Virus record (IMG/VR): IMGVR_UViG_3300007539_000017
From: an uncultured virus (IMG/VR IMGVR_UViG_3300007539_000017)
Lineage: Duplodnaviria > Heunggongvirae > Uroviricota > Caudoviricetes
Reading direction: 5' to 3' (one strand)
DNA: 20,000 bases
The notes under the pieces are model-generated. The model was not told the origin of the DNA. It saw only the letters and a list, made by a program, of their open reading frames with translations, and made no database searches. Below, piece by piece: positions 10,171-17,600 of the stretch. A program made the translations under genes and the position numbers. Each line of letters begins with the position of its first letter. Positions within the stretch are counted from its first letter, which is position 1.

Positions 10171-12033
10171 ATGGCTGATGGATTTCACATAGATGGTAGC
10201 GGAAACCTTTGGATAGGTTCTGCTTCTAATACATTTACAACTTCTGCACCATTCTATGTAGAAACTGATGGAACTATACATGCAGAGCAAGGAGATATTG
10301 GTGGACTTGATATTGGTGCAACTTATATACAATCTTCTAATTTTAGTGCTAATAATCAAGTAGGATACAGACTTCAATCAGATGGTGACGCAGTATTTTA
10401 TGGTTCATTAATTGCTAATTCATTATCTGCTTCTGGTGCAAACATATCAGGAAATATAACTGCTACTGATGGAACTATTGGTGGAACACAAATAAATTCA
10501 AGCAACATTGAGTCAACTACTTTTGACGCTAATACAGGTTATCAAATAGGGGCTAACTCTGCAACATTTCATGATGTAACTATTACAGGTACAATATCTG
10601 GTGCAAACATAGATGGAACTATAGATGGAGAAATAAGAACTGCTTCTGGAAATACTTATATTGAATTATCTAGTGATAGCGGAAGTACAATGTCGTATGT
10701 TAAAGGTGGTGGAACATTTGGAACATTACAAGATAACGCTGGAAATTTTGCTTTACAAAGCGACATTTACGCAAGTGGTCTTACATTAAGCTCTGCTGTT
10801 GGACCAGTAAGATTAGTCCCTGCCGCAGGTTTATATATTGGTGGAGATGTAGGAACTTCAAGTAAAGTATTAATAGGAGGTACTTCTCCTGGTTGGGGCA
10901 ACGTTCCTGCTAACGCAGGTGTAACATCAGTAACCGCAGTTGGTAGTATTGTAGCAACTGGTAATTCTAACACTGGTGCTGTTATCATAACTGATAACCA
11001 TGAAAGTCATAATAATTTAGCAAACTCTGGCCACAACCATAATGCTACTAATACAAATAATCTTGCAGGCCTTGATGATAGTCATAATCATACTTCTACA
11101 AATGCAGCAGGTTCTTTTACAGGAATAGATTCTGCAAATGTTTTAGTTAATAGTACTACAAACAATAATGCTGGAGTTTATCACTCTCATACAACTGGTA
11201 ACGTAACTTCTGTTCAAGTTCAAGGTAACATGTTAAGTCAAGGAAATAGTAATTCTGCAATATTGATTTATGATAACCATGGTACTGACCATCATTCATC
11301 TTCTGACCATACAGGAAATAACAATAATAACTTAGCAACAGTTGGATATGTAAACTCAAGAGGTTTTACAAGTAATAATGGTAACTCTAACTTAGGTACT
11401 CATGGTAATGAAAGTCATAATAATTTAGGTTTTGGAACTGGTAACTCAAATATAAGTTCTGCAGATGTAAACAGTCTTATAGATAATAATGTGAAAGTAA
11501 ATACTGGATGGTCCCATGCTGGGTCAGTACATAATAATGGTAATGGTAATGGTAATATGAATCAGACTAATCATTTTAATGGTAACATTTCTGTAACTAC
11601 ACATTATCACCCAAACCCTATTATTCACGATTCAAGATTATTAAATATTAATGCAAATACTGTTCCTGGTATAAATTTTGTAAATAGATTAAATCCAGTA
11701 CAAACAAACTTTATAGGAAATGTAGAAACAAGGCTTACTAGTAAAGAAAATTTATCTGGATATATTACTGAACACTTAACAGCTACAGCTTTTACATTAA
11801 CAGCACAAGATGTGAAACAAGCTCTGACTGATGATGGATATACAGATAGTTTTGGTATGGTTTTAGATAATGTAGATTATTACACAGAGGAACATAGTTC
11901 AGATTTAGAAGAAGGAGAAACAGTAAAAGGTTTTTCTCAAGAACATATGGTTCCTATTTTAGTACAAGCAATAAAAGAATTATCTGCTAAGATAGAAACA
12001 TTAGAAGATAGAATAACAACCTTGGAGGGTTAA
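10171..12033 (+). CDS. Tail fibre/spike protein with His/Asn-rich segment and C-terminal peptidase-S74-like intramolecular chaperone domain, 620 aa
   Basis: N-terminal Gly-rich fibre repeats (APFYV..DG, GxIGG, IQSSNF..GY). His/Asn-rich middle. C-terminus DSRL.NI..GINFVNRLNPV...AQDV...VPILVQAIKELSAKIETLEDRI matches the S74 chaperone layout with a terminal coiled coil. Confidence 0.85.
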   Translation: MADGFHIDGSGNLWIGSASNTFTTSAPFYVETDGTIHAEQGDIGGLDIGATYIQSSNFSANNQVGYRLQSDGDAVFYGSLIANSLSASGANISGNITATDGTIGGTQINSSNIESTTFDANTGYQIGANSATFHDVTITGTISGANIDGTIDGEIRTASGNTYIELSSDSGSTMSYVKGGGTFGTLQDNAGNFALQSDIYASGLTLSSAVGPVRLVPAAGLYIGGDVGTSSKVLIGGTSPGWGNVPANAGVTSVTAVGSIVATGNSNTGAVIITDNHESHNNLANSGHNHNATNTNNLAGLDDSHNHTSTNAAGSFTGIDSANVLVNSTTNNNAGVYHSHTTGNVTSVQVQGNMLSQGNSNSAILIYDNHGTDHHSSSDHTGNNNNNLATVGYVNSRGFTSNNGNSNLGTHGNESHNNLGFGTGNSNISSADVNSLIDNNVKVNTGWSHAGSVHNNGNGNGNMNQTNHFNGNISVTTHYHPNPIIHDSRLLNINANTVPGINFVNRLNPVQTNFIGNVETRLTSKENLSGYITEHLTATAFTLTAQDVKQALTDDGYTDSFGMVLDNVDYYTEEHSSDLEEGETVKGFSQEHMVPILVQAIKELSAKIETLEDRITTLEG

Positions 12034-12240
12034 ATGGCTTACGAAGATTTTAAATTTTTTATACCTGAAGAAAAATCTATTGAAGAGCAACTAAATGATT
12101 TAAGAAGTGATATATTTTCTTTAGAAGTTTCTTACTATAAATTAGGTACTAGTGAAGAAATGCAAAAAGATAGAGAAATAGTTGAATCTCAAATTATGGC
12201 AAAACGTCAAGAATACGAGGACTTAGGTGGGACATACTAA
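12034..12240 (+). CDS. Small acidic helical protein, 68 aa (candidate fibre assembly/accessory protein)
   Basis: ATG directly follows the fibre gene TAA, with a strong GGAGG site just upstream. Amphipathic helical pattern. Ends YEDLGGTY. Confidence 0.8.
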   Translation: MAYEDFKFFIPEEKSIEEQLNDLRSDIFSLEVSYYKLGTSEEMQKDREIVESQIMAKRQEYEDLGGTY

Positions 12241-12470
12241 TGCCAGATTTTTTATTCTATGACCCAGATGAAGCTGTAGATTGGGTTGAAAAAGCTCAAA
12301 ATAAAAGATATGAAATAAGAGATTGTGAAATCATTATTAATGAAGAAAGCTCAACATGGACAGAACAACAAGCAGCAGATTTTGATGTTATATATCAAAG
12401 AAAAATTTCTGAATACAATGAAATATGCCAAAATTTACCAGAAGACCATGAGTGGTATCAAGCTCCATAA
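12240..12470 (+). CDS. Small acidic hypothetical protein, 76 aa
   Basis: TAATG overlap with the previous gene, fills the gap exactly, and has similar codon usage to its neighbours. Confidence 0.75.
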   Translation: MPDFLFYDPDEAVDWVEKAQNKRYEIRDCEIIINEESSTWTEQQAADFDVIYQRKISEYNEICQNLPEDHEWYQAP

Positions 12471-12474
12471 ATAA

Positions 12475-13233
12475 ATGAAATTTAAACTAGGAGGCAATCA
12501 ATATATAGAGTTTGCTACTGATGTAGCTGGACTTGAAGATATTGCTAGAGTAAAACCATCTAAATTCTTTATACCTCAATGGTTTAAAGATATGAAAGAA
12601 ACTATCAACACTCCTGCTTCACCTGATGGTAGTGTTCCTGGAAGATTTGAAAGAAGTGGAGATACAGCAAAAAAATGGACAAGTGGAACTGTAAAAAGAT
12701 GTCCAGCTATTGTAGATTTAATTAGCGAAGGTTTTATAATACCAATGTGGTCTGATTTTCTTTTACAAAATGATGGCACAATATTGGAATGGGATAATAA
12801 AAATTTTCCATATGGTATTGAGTTTCATAATACAGCTCAAATATATAACTGGCCATTAAAGAAAAATGACTTTCCAGAAGGTGTTAAATTTACAAATCCT
12901 TGGAGAATATATACGCCACCAGGTTATTCAGTTATGTTTACACAACCTACATACCAATTTGAAAAAAGATTTACAGTACTTCCTGGAATTGTAGAAACTG
13001 ATTCATATCATCATATAAACTTTCCAACTATAATTCATACAAAAAAAGATATAATAATTGAAAGAGGTACCCCATTTATACAAGTTATTCCTTTTAAAAG
13101 AGATGATTGGAAATTTCAAGTAGGACAAATGACAGAAAAGCAAAAGTATCAAGACATAACACATAAAACACATTTAAGTTCAAAATTTAAGAATGCATAC
13201 CGTTCAATTACCTCTAGTTTCAAAAACTCATAG
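12475..13233 (+). CDS. Conserved phage protein with probable dUTPase-like beta fold (DUF6065-like), 252 aa
   Basis: Motifs IPQWFK, TVKRCPAIVD..EGFIIPMWSD, KFTNPWRIYTPPGYSVMF, LPGIVETDSY and IIERGTPFIQVIPFKR. The last two resemble degenerate trimeric dUTPase motifs III and IV. The family assignment is from memory of such motifs. Confidence 0.65.
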   Translation: MKFKLGGNQYIEFATDVAGLEDIARVKPSKFFIPQWFKDMKETINTPASPDGSVPGRFERSGDTAKKWTSGTVKRCPAIVDLISEGFIIPMWSDFLLQNDGTILEWDNKNFPYGIEFHNTAQIYNWPLKKNDFPEGVKFTNPWRIYTPPGYSVMFTQPTYQFEKRFTVLPGIVETDSYHHINFPTIIHTKKDIIIERGTPFIQVIPFKRDDWKFQVGQMTEKQKYQDITHKTHLSSKFKNAYRSITSSFKNS

Positions 13234-13237
13234 TAGA

Positions 13238-13253
13238 ATCTCCATGAGGAGAT
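13238..13253 (+). promoter_or_regulatory. 6-bp hairpin (ATCTCC-ATGA-GGAGAT) overlapping the Shine-Dalgarno site of the 13258 gene
   Basis: Perfect inverted repeat at 13238-13243 and 13248-13253. GAGGAG at 13246-13251 lies 6 nt upstream of ATG 13258. It sits in the only intergenic gap longer than 4 nt in the window. Confidence 0.45.
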
Positions 13254-13257
13254 AAGG

Positions 13258-13533
13258 ATGTCTGAAGATAATAATCAACCAGAACCTAAAAAAGATTATG
13301 AGATTGAATATAGGTTTGTTGACCATGAGTACAAAATGCAGTTTATACTTAGTAGAATTGCTGAAGCTGAACAAATGCATTTCGAATTAATGGTAGATAG
13401 ACTAGATGAAAATCACAGTGCTTATCCAGATTGGTATGATGCTGTGAAACAAACCATTCAAGAAATAGATAGGCTAAAACATATCTATAGAAGTTTAGGA
13501 GGTTCTTTCGGTTCTGAATTTACTAGAGGATAG
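13258..13533 (+). CDS. Small acidic helical protein, 91 aa, probable paralog of the 68-aa protein
   Basis: Good SD (GAGGAG). Helical hairpin pattern. YRSLGGSF near the C-terminus echoes YEDLGGTY. Confidence 0.8.
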   Translation: MSEDNNQPEPKKDYEIEYRFVDHEYKMQFILSRIAEAEQMHFELMVDRLDENHSAYPDWYDAVKQTIQEIDRLKHIYRSLGGSFGSEFTRG

Positions 13534-13537
13534 GTAA

Positions 13538-14692
13538 ATGGCAGAAGTAACCCATAGCTCTACGAGCTATATGAAAGGTTCAGCAGATGCTGACCATATA
13601 TTAGACGGAAGTTACGGATATACAACAAGTCAAGCAGTAGTTAATGTTTCTGATTCGGAACATAATTTATACATAGATGGACAAACATTAGTTTCTGACG
13701 GTACATTTGTTATTGGTACTACAGATAGTAAATCTATAATATTTGCAACAGATTCTACCGTTGCTGCACACATAAATACAGATGGAGCTTTTGATTTAAA
13801 ATCAGGTAAGTTTTTATTAGATGGAACAACAGGAAGCCCTAATCAAGTTTTAAAGTCTGATGGTTATGGAAATTTAAGCTGGGCAGATTTACCAACACAA
13901 CAAAATGCTTTTGGAGGAATAATTGTATCTGGACAAGATACAGTAACATCAAGTGGTTTAGCAGATAACTTAACATTGATTGCTGGCTCAGGAATTACAC
14001 TTTCTACTAATAGTACTAACAAGACAGTAACAATAACATCTTCAGGTAGTTCTGGAGCTGCTAATGCATTTAGTACAATTGCTGTTGGTGGTTCAAGTAT
14101 TAATGCAGACTCAAGTTCTGATACATTAACATTTGTAGCTGGTAATAATATAACAATTGACCCAAACACAAGCTCGGATACAATAACAATATCAGCTAGT
14201 ACTTCAGGAGATGTTAATCAAAATGCTTTTACGAGTGTTGCATCTACAGGTCAAAGTACAATTACTGCAAGTCAAACTCAGGATACATTAACAATAGATT
14301 CTCAAACAAATTCCTTAATGGATAGTAGATATAGAACAGATAGAGACAAAGTTACTGTTATTACAGATACTGAAACAAATAAGGTTGTAGTAAAAAACAA
14401 TATACCCAAAACTTTTTCAATGGCTAGTAAAGTACCATTAGTAAGCCAAACTGGCGAAAATGCTGGAGTTCCTTTAAGAAATAAATTTCTTAACGTTACA
14501 ACCAGTGGTTTAAGTATATCTGGTGGCGGCACAAGCATAGGAGTTAGTACTAGGTCTTTACAAGTATTAAATAGCTCTGGTTCAACTGTAGACGTTTTAA
14601 TGCCAGCAAAATCAGATAACAGTACACTAGAATTAACAATAGAGGATTCCTCAGGGAGTACACATACGATAGATATGGATGTAGCTGAATAA
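13538..14692 (+). CDS. Ser/Thr/Gly-rich virion structural (tail fibre-associated) protein with three 53-aa repeats, 384 aa
   Basis: AGAGGA upstream. NQVLKSDGYGNLSW fibre motif. NAF..I...G...I.A....DTLT..AG..IT repeats start at 13904, 14063 and 14222. Confidence 0.8.
   Translation: MAEVTHSSTSYMKGSADADHILDGSYGYTTSQAVVNVSDSEHNLYIDGQTLVSDGTFVIGTTDSKSIIFATDSTVAAHINTDGAFDLKSGKFLLDGTTGSPNQVLKSDGYGNLSWADLPTQQNAFGGIIVSGQDTVTSSGLADNLTLIAGSGITLSTNSTNKTVTITSSGSSGAANAFSTIAVGGSSINADSSSDTLTFVAGNNITIDPNTSSDTITISASTSGDVNQNAFTSVASTGQSTITASQTQDTLTIDSQTNSLMDSRYRTDRDKVTVITDTETNKVVVKNNIPKTFSMASKVPLVSQTGENAGVPLRNKFLNVTTSGLSISGGGTSIGVSTRSLQVLNSSGSTVDVLMPAKSDNSTLELTIEDSSGSTHTIDMDVAE
13901..14310 (+). repeat. Intragenic tandem repeat, 159-nt (53-aa) period, about 2.5 copies
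   Basis: AATGC(T/A)TTT (NAF) occurs at 13904, 14063 and 14222, each followed by D(N/T)LT(L/F/I). Confidence 0.8.
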
Positions 14693-17600
14693 TGTCAGAA
14701 AAAACGCCAGTAAGAGTAAATTACGATGGAGACGGTAATGCCGTTGGCTTTGCGGAATTTCAAGCTGATGAATTTATAGGAGTAGACGATGGTGGTACAG
14801 GTGCTACTACAGCATCTGGTGCTAGAGCTGCTTTAGGTATAGAAATTGGCGTTGATATACAAGCGTATGATACCGATTTAGCAGCAATTGCAGGACTTTC
14901 TCATAGTGACGGAAACTTTATAGTATCCAATGGTTCAGCATGGGTAGTAGAAAGTGGCTCAACTGCTAGAACATCTTTAGGACTTGGTTCATCGGACAGT
15001 CCAACATTTAATAATTTAACAGTATCTAATGATTTAACAGTAACTGGAGATTTAACAGTTCAAGGTGATACTGTAACAGTTAATGCATCAACAGTAACAA
15101 CTGAAGATGTATTAATGAAGTTAGCTGATAATAATACTTCTGATACAGTTGACATTGGTTGGTATGGAGAATATGTAGAATCTTCAACTACAAAATATTT
15201 AGGTTTTACTTGGGACGCTTCACAAGATAAGTTTATTTTATGGACTGGTAATCAAAGTGAACCAAACACATTAGTAGATACAGGAGCAACAGGCCATGCA
15301 ACAGCTACATTAATTGCAAATATTGAAGGAAACGTTACTGGAAATGTTACAGGTACAGTATCTGATGTAAGTAATCACGATACTGACGATATAGCTGAAG
15401 GCTCAACTAATTTATATTACACAACTGCTCGTTGGGACACAAAAATGGCAGCTGCCGATACTGATGATTTATCAGAAGGTTCTACTAATTTATACTACAC
15501 CGACACAAGGGTTGGAACTTACCTGACAACAAACAATTATGCTACAGAAAGCTATGTTCAATCACAAGTAGCAACTGCTAACGAATTATCAGAGATGACA
15601 GATGTTACTTTAACATCTACTACTACTGGAGATTTTATACAATATAACGGTTCTGCTTGGGTAAATATAGCACCTGACACCGATGATATAGCTGAAGGAA
15701 CAAACTTATATTATACAGATGCCAGATGGGATACCAAGATGGCAGCAGCAGATACTGATGATTTATCTGAAGGTAGCACAAATCTTTACTATACCGACGC
15801 AAGAGTAGGAAGTTACTTAACAACTAATAGTTATGCTACAGAATCTTATGTAGATAGTGCAGTAGCTTCTGAAAATGAATTAAGTGAGATGAACGATGTT
15901 ACTCTTACTAACCCTGCTAATGGTGACTTTTTAAGATACAACGGAACTGTTTGGATTAATGACCCTGTTAATTTATCTACAGATACTATTGGTGATTATG
16001 TACAAAGCATTACAGGCGGAACTGGAATTTCGATTGATGTTACTTCTGGTGAAGGACAAACACCTACATTAGCAATAGACTTTACAGAATTTGATACAGA
16101 TGATGTAGTAGAGGGAACAACAAACTTATTCTTTACTACAGCTAGAGTTGATAATCATTTAAGTGGTGGAACAGGAATTAGCTACACTACTGGTGCTATA
16201 GCAATAGATTTTAGTGAGTTTGATACTGGAAGTATTACTGAAGGAAGCAATCTTTATTATACAAGTGCTAGAGCAGATGCTCGAATTGCAGCAGCTAGTA
16301 TTGGAGATTTATCTGATGTAACTCTTACTTCTACTGCTACTGGTGACATACTTAGATATAATGGTTCAGCTTTTGTAAATGAACCACTTAACTTAGGTAC
16401 AGATACTGAAGGTGACTATGTAGCAAGTCTTGTAGCAGGAACAGGTGTAACACTTTCTAACAATAGTGGTGAGACATCTACACCAACAATAAGTATTGGA
16501 CAGGCTGTAGAAACAACTTCTAATGTACAGTTTGCAGATGTAACTATTGATGGAGATTTAACATCAGGTGGTCAAGTTCTTATAGGAACAAACACTATTA
16601 CATTAAACTATGATGTTCAAAGTGTAGATAATACATATAATGTTGAAATAGAATTTTGGAGAGGTAATTTACAGCACAAACATTTCTTCTGGGATGAAAC
16701 AAACGATAGATTTAGCATTAACAGTGATGACTTAGCAGCAGGAACTGTAATAGCAGACCTTACAGGAAATGTAACTGGTAACGTCACTGGTAACGTAACA
16801 GGTACAGTTTCTAGTATATCAAATCATGACACAGATGACTTAACAGAAGGTACAACTAATTTATATTTTACAAACGCAAGAGTAGATACAGAGATAGATA
16901 ATTATGTCAGTGGAGGAACTGGTGTAACAGTTACTTCTGGTGAGATAAGTATAGGTCAAGACGTTTCTACAACTTCATCTGTTACATTTGCAGATGTCAC
17001 TGCTGGATTAACTGGAGATGTTACAGGTAACGTAACAGGTAATGTTACAGGTAACGTTACAGGAACAGTATCTTCGTTAAGTAATCACGATACTGATGAT
17101 TTAGTAGAAGGTTCTAATCTTTATTTTACAAATACAAGAGCTCGCGGTGCTGTTTCTGCAAATGATACAGGTGGAGACGGTAGCTTTAGTTACGACTCTG
17201 CTACAGGAGTATTTACATACACAGGTCCTTCATCTGCTGAAGTAAGAGCTCACTTTACAGCAGGTACAGGTGTAGATATAACTACAGGACAAATATCTAT
17301 TGGACAAGCAGTAGAAACAACAAGTGATGTAGATTTTGCAACTGTTACAACTACTGGAGATGTAACTGTAGGTGGAGATTTAACTGTATCAGGTACAACT
17401 ACAACTGTTAACACTGAAACAATAAATCTTGCTGATAACATTATTACACTCAATTCAAACGCTACAGGTTCTGCTAGTGCTAATGCTGGTATAGAGATAG
17501 AACGAGGCGATGACGCTAACAAGACTTTATTATGGAATGAAACCTCAGATAAATGGACAGTAGGTTCTGAAACATTCGTAGCCTCTACATTTGAAGGTGA

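Noticed and set aside
10993..11631. AAY-rich tract as a possible diversity-generating retroelement template or variable repeat
   Set aside because: No reverse transcriptase in the window, and no repeat pair differing only at adenines was seen. The 21-nt repeat is exact.
5822..13533. Stop-codon reassignment (TGA or TAG), suggested by TGA TAG at 5822 and the in-frame TAG TAG at 13231
   Set aside because: Multi-kb structural genes are uninterrupted under the standard code, and readthrough at 5822 would not reach the frame of the next gene.
14642..14652. GAGG-ATT-CCTC inverted repeat as a terminator
   Set aside because: Only a 4-bp stem, inside a coding region, with no U-tract.
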